Part shown: piece after piece, positions 1 to 9,289 of the stretch
Position numbering within the stretch: position 1 is the first letter of the stretch
How the letters are laid out: every line of letters begins with the position of its first letter
Sequence record: SRR2962707_4349
Length of the DNA stretch: 46,127 nt
Strand: one strand, 5' to 3'
Made by a program: the position numbers and the translations under genes
The notes under the pieces: model-generated
What the model saw: the letters and a program-made list of their open reading frames with translations, nothing else
Database searches by the model: none
Told to the model about the DNA's origin: nothing

Positions 1-1614
1 GGCAATGGCGATGCGCTGGCGCTGGCCGCCAGATAGTTTAATACCGCGCTCGCCCACATAGGCTTTAAAGCCTTTGCGGCCTTTAGGGTCGCGCGCATCT
101 TGAATAAAATCATAGGCCTTGGCCTTGCGCGCCGCCTCTTCAATTTGTTCTTGCGTGGCATTGGTCGAACCATAGGCAATGTTATCGCCAATTGAGCGAT
201 GCAGCAGCGCCGGCTCTTGGCTGACCACACCAAATTGCGCCCTGAGCGAGGCCTGCGTGACTGTTTGAATATTTTGCCCATCAATCAGCATACGGCCAGA
301 CGTTGGTTCAAAAAGGCGCAAAATCAGCGCCACCATCGTGGATTTACCCGCGCCTGACGGGCCAACAATGCCAATTTTTTCGCCAGGCTTAATGTTCAAG
401 TTTAGCGCCTCAAAGAGCGCGACGTCTTCTTTGCCATAATTAAACGTCACATCTTCAAAAGTGATTTCGCCATCTGAATGGGTCAAAACGACCGCATCTG
501 GGCCGTCCTTAATCGCGGGATCAACTGAAATGGTTTCAACAGCATCCTGAACCGTAGAATAAGCCCGAATCAGGCCGTTGATGTTAAACATCATCCAAAC
601 CGACATCTGGTTGAGGCGGAACACCATGCCCATCGTCGCAGCAATAGAACCGGTCGTAATATTGCCGCTCATCCAACTTGAAATCGCGATAAAGCCAACG
701 GCGCTCATCATCGCACTATTGAGAACCGTGATCGCGACGCGAACAGTAGTAATCAGCCGCGTCAGATGGGTGACAGAACCCAGATATTTCGTAAAATTAT
801 CTTTGACATCGCCATATTCGCGATTGCCATTATCAAACAATTTCACGGTCAAAATATTAGTAAAAATATCGACCAGACGCCCGCTGATAACAGCGCGTTG
901 ATTGGCATTGTTTTTGCCCGCGGCGCGCAGCTTAGGCAGCAGAAAATGGATCAGCGCAAGATAAAGCACGCCCCAAATCGCGACCACTAAGCCCATGCGC
1001 CAATCAAGCGAAGACAGAACAGCGAAGGTCAAAAAGATAAACGTAATGAAGGACCACAGCCCCTGCAAAACCGTAACGATAAAATCGCCAACAGATTCGC
1101 CGGCTTGGCTAATTTTGGTCGCTATGCGGCCTGCAAAATCATCCTGATAAAAGGCATAGGGTTGGCGAATGATGCGCTGAAATGCTTGCCAACGCACCAT
1201 CGTGTAAAAACGCGGAACAATAATTTGTTGCTCAATGATCGCCGCAACACCAAGAATGATAGAGCGCCCGACGAGCAATAAAAGCAGCATGCCAACCAAC
1301 ACAGAGCCATGCTCTACCAGCAGCGTGGCCGGCGTTGCCTTGTCCAAAATATCAATCAGATAGCCGACCGACCAATAAAGCGCCGCATCAACACCGCCGA
1401 CAAATCCGCCAGCAATCAGAAGCGCGATGAATGGTATTTTCGCTTGTTGCGCAAAGTAGAGAATAAAACCCATCGCGGTTTTAGGCAGCACTTCGCGGTC
1501 CGTATCGGCAAACGGGTCGATAAAGCGCTCGAACCGGTTCCAAAAACGGTGATCCGTGTTGTGAAAGGTCGGATCTGGATCTGGCCTTAGCCCGCGTGGG
1601 TAAATAGAACTCAT
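1..1614 (-). CDS. ABC exporter, fused TMD-NBD (MsbA/multidrug type); 3' end runs off the window
   Basis: Not in the ORF track. Hand translation from ATG 1614 gives MSSIYPRGLRPDP...FWNRFERFIDPF, hydrophobic TM segments, Walker A GPSGAGKST and YVGERGIKLSGGQRQRIAIA at the window edge. GGAG SD lies in the tail of the upstream gene. Paralogous to the next gene. Confidence 0.93.
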   Translation of the reverse strand, partial: MSSIYPRGLRPDPDPTFHNTDHRFWNRFERFIDPFADTDREVLPKTAMGFILYFAQQAKIPFIALLIAGGFVGGVDAALYWSVGYLIDILDKATPATLLVEHGSVLVGMLLLLLVGRSIILGVAAIIEQQIIVPRFYTMVRWQAFQRIIRQPYAFYQDDFAGRIATKISQAGESVGDFIVTVLQGLWSFITFIFLTFAVLSSLDWRMGLVVAIWGVLYLALIHFLLPKLRAAGKNNANQRAVISGRLVDIFTNILTVKLFDNGNREYGDVKDNFTKYLGSVTHLTRLITTVRVAITVLNSAMMSAVGFIAISSWMSGNITTGSIAATMGMVFRLNQMSVWMMFNINGLIRAYSTVQDAVETISVDPAIKDGPDAVVLTHSDGEITFEDVTFNYGKEDVALFEALNLNIKPGEKIGIVGPSGAGKSTMVALILRLFEPTSGRMLIDGQNIQTVTQASLRAQFGVVSQEPALLHRSIGDNIAYGSTNATQEQIEEAARKAKAYDFIQDARDPKGRKGFKAYVGERGIKLSGGQRQRIAIA

Positions 1615-1621
1615 TTAATGC

Positions 1622-3484
1622 TTATTCTCCTGCGGCGTTCTGCATCATTTCGGCTTGCTCCAACCCAAGAAAACCACCGGATTGACGTGCCCATAATTGC
1701 GCGTAAAGGCCATTTGAATTGGACAATTCACCATGCGTCCCCTCTTCAATCACCTCACCGCGATCAAGCACGATCAGGCGATCAAGATTAGAGATGGTCG
1801 AAAGCCTGTGCGCAATTGCAATCACAGTTTTGCCTTCCATCAAAGCATCTAGGTTTTCCTGAATGGCGGACTCAACTTCCGAATCGAGCGCCGATGTTGC
1901 CTCATCTAAAACGAGAATTGGCGCATTTTTAAGGAACACGCGCGCAATCGCGATACGCTGGCGCTGACCACCAGATAATTTAACACCGCGTTCGCCCACA
2001 TGAGCATCATAGCCGGTGCGCCCTTGCAAGTCAGACAGACCCAAAATGTAGTCGTGGGCATTGGCACGTTTAGCGGCACGTATTACGTCTTCATCGGTCG
2101 CCGACGGATTACCATAGGCGATATTATCGCGCACAGAACGATGTAGCAAAGACGTATCCTGCGATACAACGCCAATTTGAGCACGCAGACTATCTTGCGT
2201 TACATCGCCAATGTCTTGTCCATCAATGCGCACCGCGCCGCCTTCAAGATCATAAAGGCGCAAAAGCACATTCATCAATGTGGATTTACCCGCGCCGGAG
2301 CGGCCAACAACACCCACTTTCTCGCCAGCTTTTACCGTCAGTGACAAATTATCGATCACGCCGGCATCTTTGCCATAGTGGAATTTGATCTTGTCAAAAA
2401 CGATTTCGCCATCAAAAACGACCAATTCTTTAGCGTTTGGCTTGTCGATAACAGTTTGATGTTTTGACAACATACGCATGCCATCTTCGGCCATACCGAT
2501 ATTTTCAAATAGACCGGCAAGCTCCCACATAACCCAATGGGCCATGCCTTCAAGGCGCATCACAAGACCCGCCGCAGCCGCAATCGCGCCCACAGAAGCC
2601 ATGCCCGTTTGCCAAGACCATATGCCAACACCGACAACACAAAACAGCAGCAGCGCATTGGAGACATCAAGACCAATGTTGAGCGAGCTGGCCAAACGCA
2701 TCTGCGGATGCACAGTACCCATAAATTCATCCATTGATTCGCGCGCATAGCCCTCTTCGCGCTGTGAATGCGCAAACAGCTTCACGGTCATAATGTTGGT
2801 ATAGCTATCGACAATGCGGCCTGTCATGCTCGACCGTGCGTTCGATTGACGCTCAGAGACTTCCCGCATTTTTGGCAAAAAATACCGCAGCAAAAATACA
2901 TAAAAGACCAACCAACCCAAAAAAGGCAGCATCAGCCAGATATCGAGCGAAGCAACCAGAATGAGCGTGCCAAGGAAGTAGACCAGCACATAAACCAACA
3001 CGTCGATAATTTTAGACACGGTTTCACGCACACCAAGCGCTGTCTGCATAACTTTTGTGGCAACACGGCCCGCAAATTCATCCTGATAAAAGCCAAAGCT
3101 TTGGCCCAGCATATAGCGGTGTGCTTTCCAGCGGATTTGCATCGGGAAATTGCCAAACAAAGTCTGGTGCATAATCAAAGTATGCAAAACGCCAAGCGCT
3201 GGAATGACCAGCAAAATGATCCCGCCCATCACAAAAAGCGACCAGAACTCATCTTGCAAAAATGTTGCGCGGTTAGCCGTTCCTAGCCAATCAACCAGAT
3301 TGCCTAAGAAGCCAAACAGCAAAACCTGCAGGCCCGCCACCAAGCCCGTAATTATCGACACAGCGGCAAACCAAGGCCAAATTGGCTTGGTATAAAACCA
3401 GCAGAACGCCCAAAGATTTTGCGGCGGCCGCTCCACAGCACTGGCTGGGAATGGATTAATGCGCTTTTCAAACCAACTAAACAT
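1622..3484 (-). CDS. ABC exporter, fused TMD-NBD (MsbA/multidrug type)
   Basis: Walker A GRSGAGKST, LSGGQ signature, Walker B ILVLDE, H-loop AHR, N-terminal TM helices. Start set to ATG 3484 (MFSWFEKR) after SD GAGGT. Confidence 0.95.
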   Translation of the reverse strand: MFSWFEKRINPFPASAVERPPQNLWAFCWFYTKPIWPWFAAVSIITGLVAGLQVLLFGFLGNLVDWLGTANRATFLQDEFWSLFVMGGIILLVIPALGVLHTLIMHQTLFGNFPMQIRWKAHRYMLGQSFGFYQDEFAGRVATKVMQTALGVRETVSKIIDVLVYVLVYFLGTLILVASLDIWLMLPFLGWLVFYVFLLRYFLPKMREVSERQSNARSSMTGRIVDSYTNIMTVKLFAHSQREEGYARESMDEFMGTVHPQMRLASSLNIGLDVSNALLLFCVVGVGIWSWQTGMASVGAIAAAAGLVMRLEGMAHWVMWELAGLFENIGMAEDGMRMLSKHQTVIDKPNAKELVVFDGEIVFDKIKFHYGKDAGVIDNLSLTVKAGEKVGVVGRSGAGKSTLMNVLLRLYDLEGGAVRIDGQDIGDVTQDSLRAQIGVVSQDTSLLHRSVRDNIAYGNPSATDEDVIRAAKRANAHDYILGLSDLQGRTGYDAHVGERGVKLSGGQRQRIAIARVFLKNAPILVLDEATSALDSEVESAIQENLDALMEGKTVIAIAHRLSTISNLDRLIVLDRGEVIEEGTHGELSNSNGLYAQLWARQSGGFLGLEQAEMMQNAAGE

Positions 3485-3758
3485 AACGTACCTCAATAAA
3501 CACAAAACTGGCGGAGGTCGGATAGACCCGTGCGCCAGATTTATGGCCTTCTATAGTTTGACAGGGATCGCTCACAAGATACGCGGGTGTTTCACCCTTC
3601 GCAGCAGGCGGACTTTCATTGCCAGAAATTAAATTAATTAGACCAACGAGCCGATAGATGAAAAAGCGAATAAACCTAGACCCAAGGTAATCGCCGAAAG
3701 ATGAATTAAACCGAATTATACTGAAATGCGCCAATAAGCGCAGAGAAATAATAGACAT
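3477..3758 (-). CDS. Putative upstream ORF (uORF2, 93 aa) overlapping the ABC exporter start
   Basis: ATG 3758, MSIISLRLLAHFSIIRFNSSFGDYLGSRF...GNESPPAAKGETPAYL...; TAG overlaps the exporter start by 8 nt; weak SD. Confidence 0.45.
   Translation of the reverse strand: MSIISLRLLAHFSIIRFNSSFGDYLGSRFIRFFIYRLVGLINLISGNESPPAAKGETPAYLVSDPCQTIEGHKSGARVYPTSASFVFIEVRYV
3498..3538 (-). terminator. Terminator/attenuator-like hairpin just before the ABC exporter RBS
   Basis: Minus strand CTGGCG-cac-GGGTC-tatcc-GACCT-c-CGCCAG followed by TTTTGTGTTT. Confidence 0.5.
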
Positions 3759-3823
3759 GACCGAAAATCCGTTTGGAAAACAAACTGGCGGTCAAAAGAA
3801 GAATATAAACTTGTAACCGCGTG

Positions 3824-3913
3824 CTAAGAAAGGGTCGCCACGGACCCAGGAATACCGACATCAGGCAGCATTCTGCCGAGTGGACGGATAATTACAAAAA
3901 ACAAATTGTGCAT
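3824..3913 (-). CDS. Putative leader peptide (uORF1, 29 aa) MHNLFFVIIRPLGRMLPDVGIPGSVATLS
   Basis: Strong SD (GGAGAGtaatATG), first ORF of the exporter leader region, carries two GC hairpins (3832-3847, 3864-3877). Confidence 0.6.
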   Translation of the reverse strand: MHNLFFVIIRPLGRMLPDVGIPGSVATLS

Positions 3914-3987
3914 ATTACTCTCCGTCGGTAAGCGTTGCGGTATGTTTCGAGTACGCCCGAAAAATTCTATTATCAAGTGACAACTCA

Positions 3988-4491
3988 ATGACAACAGAAG
4001 ACAAAACGGATTTGCGACAAATGGGCAACACTGGCCCCAACTGCCATATTGCGCTCTATCAGCCAGATATTGCGGGCAATACAGGCACGATTTTGCGCCT
4101 TGCCGCATGCATCGGTGCGCGGGTTCATATCATTGAACCGGCAGGCTTTGATCTCTCTGACCGCAATTTAAAACGCGCGGGCATGGACTATCTCGACATG
4201 GCCGCGCTGACGCGTCATTTGGATTGGGATGCCTTTTGTGAGTGGCGCATAGCCAACAACAAAAGGCTTGTGCTGCTGACGACCAAGACCGATCAGGTCT
4301 ACACAGACTTTAAATTTTCAAGCGATGATGTGCTGCTCTTTGGCCGCGAAAGCGCGGGCGTGCCGCAAAAGGTCCATGATCTATGCGACGAGCGCCTGAC
4401 GATCAAAATGCAGGAAGGTGCGCGTAGCTTAAACTTAGCGCTGTCGGTTGCGATGATTGCCGGTGAAGTTGTTCGCCAGCTGAGCGATTAA
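3988..4491 (+). CDS. trmL: tRNA (cytidine/uridine-2'-O)-methyltransferase TrmL
   Basis: SPOUT motifs LYQPDIAGNTG, RAGMDY, FGRESAG, RSLNL. Confidence 0.92.
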   Translation: MTTEDKTDLRQMGNTGPNCHIALYQPDIAGNTGTILRLAACIGARVHIIEPAGFDLSDRNLKRAGMDYLDMAALTRHLDWDAFCEWRIANNKRLVLLTTKTDQVYTDFKFSSDDVLLFGRESAGVPQKVHDLCDERLTIKMQEGARSLNLALSVAMIAGEVVRQLSD

Positions 4492-4494
4492 CAG

Positions 4495-4941
4495 CTAAAC
4501 CGCCATGCGCATGTCGCGGTGCTCAATACCCGCTTCAAAATAAGGCTCTGAGCAAACCATAAAACCAAGACGCTGGTAGAATCCAATGGCGCCCACTTGG
4601 CTGGAAAGGAAGAAGCTCTTGCCTACACTATCAGGCCGTTTGCGCAGGTCGTCCATCATGAAAGCCATGATTTTTGCGCCAATGCCCATGCCGCGGCCGG
4701 TTTGCAACACAGCAACGCGCTGGAATTTATATTTATCATCAATCAGTTGCACACGTGCAGTCGCGATCGGCACACCGTCCACTTCAGCCAGATAATGCAA
4801 ACAATCATCGTCTAGACCATCCAACTCAAGGTCAGTTGGCACGTTCTGTTCTTCAATAAACACGGTCTTTCGTATGGCAAGACACGCTTGTCTATCGTCC
4901 GCGCTACTTGCTTCGCGGCAGTGGATTTTATCGAACATCAT
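4495..4941 (-). CDS. GNAT acetyltransferase, ElaA/YjcF-like
   Basis: RKTVFIEEQNVP, RVAV..GRGMGIG acetyl-CoA motif, GFYQRLGF, EAGIEH. Confidence 0.88.
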   Translation of the reverse strand: MMFDKIHCREASSADDRQACLAIRKTVFIEEQNVPTDLELDGLDDDCLHYLAEVDGVPIATARVQLIDDKYKFQRVAVLQTGRGMGIGAKIMAFMMDDLRKRPDSVGKSFFLSSQVGAIGFYQRLGFMVCSEPYFEAGIEHRDMRMAV

Positions 4942-4945
4942 ATAT

Positions 4946-5380
4946 TTAGCCTAACGCAACCATCACCGCGCCTGTAGCAATTAGAGCCACGCCCGTCCAG
5001 CCGACGAGCGAAAGACTTTCGCCTAAGAAAAGCGCACCAAGTACGGCGACAAAAACGACACTTAATTTATCGACGGGCGCAACTTGCCCGACCTGACCCA
5101 TTTGTATGGCCTTAAAGTAACAAAGCCAAGAGGCACCCGTCGCCAATCCAGACAAAACGAGAAAAATCCATGTTTTTGTGCTGATGGAGCCAAGTGGTTC
5201 AAACTCATTGCGCGTCCATAAAATCGCGATCAAAGCGACAATAACGACGATCGTTCTAATAAAAGTCGCGTAATTGGAGCCAATGCCTTCAACGCCGATC
5301 TTAGCAAACAGGGCTGTAAATGCTGCAAAAACAGCCGCCAGCAATGCCCAAAATTGCCAATGTGAATAAAATGATGTCAA
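4946..5380 (-). CDS. EamA/DMT family small membrane protein
   Basis: About 5 TM helices, LSGLATGASWLCYF and VAPVDKLSV motifs; TTG start. Confidence 0.88.
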   Translation of the reverse strand: MTSFYSHWQFWALLAAVFAAFTALFAKIGVEGIGSNYATFIRTIVVIVALIAILWTRNEFEPLGSISTKTWIFLVLSGLATGASWLCYFKAIQMGQVGQVAPVDKLSVVFVAVLGALFLGESLSLVGWTGVALIATGAVMVALG

Positions 5381-5404
5381 AATCTATCAATCAGTGTTGG
5401 AATA

Positions 5405-5647
5405 TCAATCAGCTGTCGGCAATCGGCGCATTGTAAATTCAACGACATCGCCCTCGAGCAACCGCCAACTTTCGACCTGCGTCCAATAGGCAGCTTTAGG
5501 ATATTCAGTGAACCATTTCTTGGCAGTTTCGCGCGCTAAAACACGCTGCTGTCGATATGTTTCGCGGACAAAAGTATCTTCGTCAGCGATAAACCGGCCA
5601 CGCTCAAGCGAGGCAGAAAACCGGCTTCTGGGTACTCTAGGGGGCAT
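5405..5647 (-). CDS. Small hypothetical protein (80 aa)
   Basis: SD GGAGG before ATG; protein-like sequence ending FTMRRLPTAD. Confidence 0.8.
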   Translation of the reverse strand: MPPRVPRSRFSASLERGRFIADEDTFVRETYRQQRVLARETAKKWFTEYPKAAYWTQVESWRLLEGDVVEFTMRRLPTAD

Positions 5648-5837
5648 GGGAAACCTCCAACTAGGTGTTGCGCACGATTCTTAATGAATAGCCTAGACCC
5701 AAAAACAGAAAGATGACAATCGGTTTTTTGTGCACTAACCAATTCCCTTTGCGTGTAAGCTCTTAAAAAGGTTGGCAAGTGCGATACGCGGGTTTAGCAA
5801 TCATAGTTGAATTGAGCCAAAATAGGACACTTGAGTA

Positions 5838-6752
5838 ATGCGAGACAGAGCGAATCTTCCAAAAGGACTGCCTGCGGACATCGAAGAAAAAAAGGCAAAA
5901 GCAGAAGCTTGGTTCGCTGCAATTCGCGACCGCATCTGTTCCGAATTTGAAAAATTGGAAGATGAACTGGCAGGACCGTTTACTGAATATGCGCCAGGCC
6001 GATTCGAAAAAACACCTTGGCTGCGCGATGAAGGCAACGGCGGCGGTGGCACCATGTCTATGATGAGTGGCCGCGTTTTTGAAAAAGTCGGCGTGCACAC
6101 CTCAACGGTTCACGGCGAGTTTTCGCCAGAGTTTCGCAAACAAATGCCGGGCGCAGACGAAGACCCACGCTTTTGGGCATCTGGCCTTTCAATCATCGCT
6201 CACCCACAAAATCCAAATGTGCCTGCAGTGCACATGAATACGCGCATGGTTGTCACATCATCTTGCTGGTTTGGCGGCGGTGCGGATTTAACGCCAGTGC
6301 TCGATAGACGCCGCACGCAAGACGATCCTGACACAATCGCTTTCCACAAAAGCTTTGAACTGGCTTGCAATAAACATGATGTTGCAGACTACGCCGGTTT
6401 CAAAAACTGGTGCGACGAATATTTTTATCTCGCCCATCGCAATGAGCCACGCGGCACAGGCGGCATTTTCTACGACTGGCAACATTCTGAAGAAGAACAA
6501 GGCGGCTGGGATGCCGATTTTGCTTTTACGCAAGATGTTGGCCGCACATTTTCGATTGTTTATCCCTATCTCGTGCGCAAGAATTTCAACACAAATTGGA
6601 CCGATGCTGACCGCGAAGAGCAGTTAATCCGTCGTGGCCGCTATGTTGAATTCAACCTGCTCTATGATCGCGGGACGATTTTCGGTCTGAAAACCGGCGG
6701 AAACGTCAATTCAATACTATCGTCCATGCCGCCAGCTGTTAAATGGCCTTAG
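5838..6752 (+). CDS. hemF: Oxygen-dependent coproporphyrinogen III oxidase
   Basis: [39 protein letters not shown] motifs. Confidence 0.97.
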   Translation: MRDRANLPKGLPADIEEKKAKAEAWFAAIRDRICSEFEKLEDELAGPFTEYAPGRFEKTPWLRDEGNGGGGTMSMMSGRVFEKVGVHTSTVHGEFSPEFRKQMPGADEDPRFWASGLSIIAHPQNPNVPAVHMNTRMVVTSSCWFGGGADLTPVLDRRRTQDDPDTIAFHKSFELACNKHDVADYAGFKNWCDEYFYLAHRNEPRGTGGIFYDWQHSEEEQGGWDADFAFTQDVGRTFSIVYPYLVRKNFNTNWTDADREEQLIRRGRYVEFNLLYDRGTIFGLKTGGNVNSILSSMPPAVKWP

Positions 6753-7225
6753 GCTATACATTAGCGCAATTACTTGCGCAGTTTCCACGCGCCGGGAGAG
6801 TTGAATGGATCGGCGTTAGGCCTGAGCGCAGGTCGAGCATGTTAGCGCTCGATAATGTGCTGATTAGCGACATTGGCCTTGCTGGCGACCACAGAACACG
6901 CGCTGGACCACGTGCGGTCACGCTCATCCAAGCAGAACATTTGCCTGCTATCGCATCATTGGCAGGGCTTAGCGTTGTCGCGCCAGATCAACTGCGCCGC
7001 AATTTTGTAGTGTCGGGCCTCAATCTATTAGCGCTCAAAGACAAGCAATTCCGCATCGGCACAGCAATTCTGCAAGGCACAGGCATTTGTGCGCCTTGTT
7101 CACGCATGGAAGAAGAGCTCGGACAAGGCGGATATAACGCGGTGCGCGGCCATGGCGGCATTACGGCGCAAGTGATCAGCGAAGGCGCTGTTTCGCTTGG
7201 CGATGAAATCAGTTTCATAAAATAA
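6743..7225 (+). CDS. MOSC domain protein (YiiM-like)
   Basis: [33 protein letters not shown] motifs; overlaps the hemF stop by 10 nt. Confidence 0.85.
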   Translation: MALGYTLAQLLAQFPRAGRVEWIGVRPERRSSMLALDNVLISDIGLAGDHRTRAGPRAVTLIQAEHLPAIASLAGLSVVAPDQLRRNFVVSGLNLLALKDKQFRIGTAILQGTGICAPCSRMEEELGQGGYNAVRGHGGITAQVISEGAVSLGDEISFIK

Positions 7226-7297
7226 AACACGGGATCGCGCACAAAAAGCCCCACGTGGCGCAAATCACCTATAGAGTGAATGTCAAAGGAGCCCATC

Positions 7298-7453
7298 ATG
7301 GCCATTCGATTTGAAAAAAAATCTGACGACGATCACTCTGTCGTAAAAAAAGCAAAAAACGAAGAAAGCAAAAAATCTTCGACTACAATTGACACTGACA
7401 CCTATGCCAGCCTTCAAAAAGCTGAAAAGAAGCCGAAAAAAGAGCGCTTCTAG
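7298..7453 (+). CDS. Small Lys-rich protein, 51 aa (MAIRFEKKSDDDHSVVKKAKNEESKKSSTTIDTDTYASLQKAEKKPKKERF)
   Basis: SD AAGGAG at 7286-7291; open frame fills the gap and stops 7 nt before the convergent cca stop. Confidence 0.7.
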   Translation: MAIRFEKKSDDDHSVVKKAKNEESKKSSTTIDTDTYASLQKAEKKPKKERF

Positions 7454-7460
7454 AACCTAG

Positions 7461-8669
7461 TCATTTCAACTGCTTCAGCAGCGCGTCCCGCGTCATCTGA
7501 AAATCGCTTTCGACCCAAACCTTTTCCATTGATTTAAGGGCTGCGCCAAGCGCTGGCCCTTTTTCATAACCAAGGTCGAGCAAATCTGCGCCGCGCACAG
7601 GCAATTCAGGCATATCCCAAGCCGCTAAAATGGCCGCATGATCGGCAAGCTTGTCATCGCGCTGCAAGGCTGCTTGCACATGCAAAGCGTCCATAACCGC
7701 AGATTTAGAGTGGCGATAGGAAAGCGCACGCAGGGCGTTGTCGTCTTTGGGCAATTGCGCGGAAAGCGCCGACCATGCCCGTAGCCGATCTCGCTCTGCA
7801 TTCGACATTTTCCAGCGCTTGGCGATATCATTGACCGTGTCGACACGCGGCGGAATAATCGCCATTAAACGCACCATGCCATCGGCTTTCCAGCCGTGTT
7901 TGCGTTCGGCTTCCATCAATGGCGAAATCGCATCAATGCCCCATTTTTCACTTTCGGGGAGCAGCAGCGTTAACACACCGATCTGGCGCATCCAAAGCAA
8001 AGCGCGAGAAGGGTCAGGGGCGGCAAATATTTTCGCCATTTCATTCCAAATCCGCTCGGCAGAAAGCGCAGTCATGCCGTCTTTCAGCCGTGCGCAGGCT
8101 TTTAAACCTTCTGCATCCGGGCGATGCTGGCCATAATAGGCAAAGAAACGAAAGAAGCGCAAAATACGTAAATAATCTTCTTCAATGCGCGCGCCCGCAT
8201 CGCCAATGAAGCGAAGCAGCTTGGGCTCAATGTCTTTTAACCCATCAACATAGTCATAAACTGCGCCTTCACGGTCCACATAAAGCGCATTGACGGTAAA
8301 GTCGCGGCGATGGGCGTCAGCCTCAAAATCTGTGCCAAACGATACCACCGCATGACGACCATCGGTCTCAACATCAAGGCGAAGCGTTGTAATCTCAAAA
8401 TTTTGGCCATCAAGAAGCGCCGTCACCGTGCCATGATCAATGCCCGTTGGGATCGCTTTTATGCCAGCATCGTTCAATCTTTGAATTACGACTTCGGGCA
8501 CAAGCGTTGTCGCAAAATCAAGATCGCTGGCCCCTGCCTTCATCAAATAATTGCGCACAGCGCCGCCAACAATGCGTGCTTCGCCGCCATCGGCTTCCAG
8601 CACGTCAAAAAGACGTTGCACAGTTGCATTTGTGAGCCACTCCGGCGAAATCTTCAAATCTGTTTTCAC
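7461..8669 (-). CDS. cca: CCA tRNA nucleotidyltransferase
   Basis: VGGAVRN..DLDFAT, EITTLR, RRDFTVNAL, EDYLRILRFFRF; GTG start overlaps the upstream stop. Confidence 0.93.
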   Translation of the reverse strand: MKTDLKISPEWLTNATVQRLFDVLEADGGEARIVGGAVRNYLMKAGASDLDFATTLVPEVVIQRLNDAGIKAIPTGIDHGTVTALLDGQNFEITTLRLDVETDGRHAVVSFGTDFEADAHRRDFTVNALYVDREGAVYDYVDGLKDIEPKLLRFIGDAGARIEEDYLRILRFFRFFAYYGQHRPDAEGLKACARLKDGMTALSAERIWNEMAKIFAAPDPSRALLWMRQIGVLTLLLPESEKWGIDAISPLMEAERKHGWKADGMVRLMAIIPPRVDTVNDIAKRWKMSNAERDRLRAWSALSAQLPKDDNALRALSYRHSKSAVMDALHVQAALQRDDKLADHAAILAAWDMPELPVRGADLLDLGYEKGPALGAALKSMEKVWVESDFQMTRDALLKQLK

Positions 8670-9289
8670 CGATAAAGCCTCTCATACATCACGCGAATTA
8701 TTCCAGCCGTCATGCCCCAAATATACCAATCTTCATAGGGCATCTCATAGAAAAAACGCTGAGCGCCCATCAACTCACGGCTTGCTTTTTTATGGTTTAC
8801 CGGATCCATCAAGAATGCCAAAGGCACATCAAAAATCTCAGCCACCTCATCATGATTAGGTTTGATCTTATAGCCGGGCTTGATCAGACCAATCACCGGA
8901 TAGATGCGGTAACCGGTGCCCGAAAGATACATCGGCAAGGAGCCAAGAACCTCAATATGGTTCGGGCCAATACCGGTTTCTTCTTCACATTCACGCATGG
9001 CAGCAGCGACAACGCTTTCATCTTCTGGGTCAATCTTACCACCTGGAAAAGCGACCTGCCCTGAATGCGCGCGCATATTAGGATTGCGCTGCGTCAATAA
9101 AACACATGGGCCATCCGCGCTGCGAATCAAACCAATAAACACTGCCGCATCGGATTTAAGGTTTTCGCGTATCCGTTGCTCGTCCGGCGCATTAAACAAA
9201 TAGTCACCGGTCTCTTCGTTTAACGCGCTTTCAGCTTGTCGTTGGACGCGCAGGCGAAAATCTTCAATATCAATATCCAAATTAATCAA
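8666..9289 (-). CDS. Nudix CoA pyrophosphatase (NudL-like)
   Basis: LLTQR..HSGQVAFPGGK..AMRECEEETG, IWGMTA. Confidence 0.92.
   Translation of the reverse strand: MINLDIDIEDFRLRVQRQAESALNEETGDYLFNAPDEQRIRENLKSDAAVFIGLIRSADGPCVLLTQRNPNMRAHSGQVAFPGGKIDPEDESVVAAAMRECEEETGIGPNHIEVLGSLPMYLSGTGYRIYPVIGLIKPGYKIKPNHDEVAEIFDVPLAFLMDPVNHKKASRELMGAQRFFYEMPYEDWYIWGMTAGIIRVMYERLYR

Noticed and set aside
578-1590. Plus-strand and short ORFs in the track at the window start
   Set aside because: They are shadows of the minus-strand ABC exporter, which the track missed because it lacks a stop within the window.
3824-4108. 94-aa minus-strand ORF as listed
   Set aside because: Its 5' part is antisense to trmL; only the last 29 codons, behind a strong SD, are credible.
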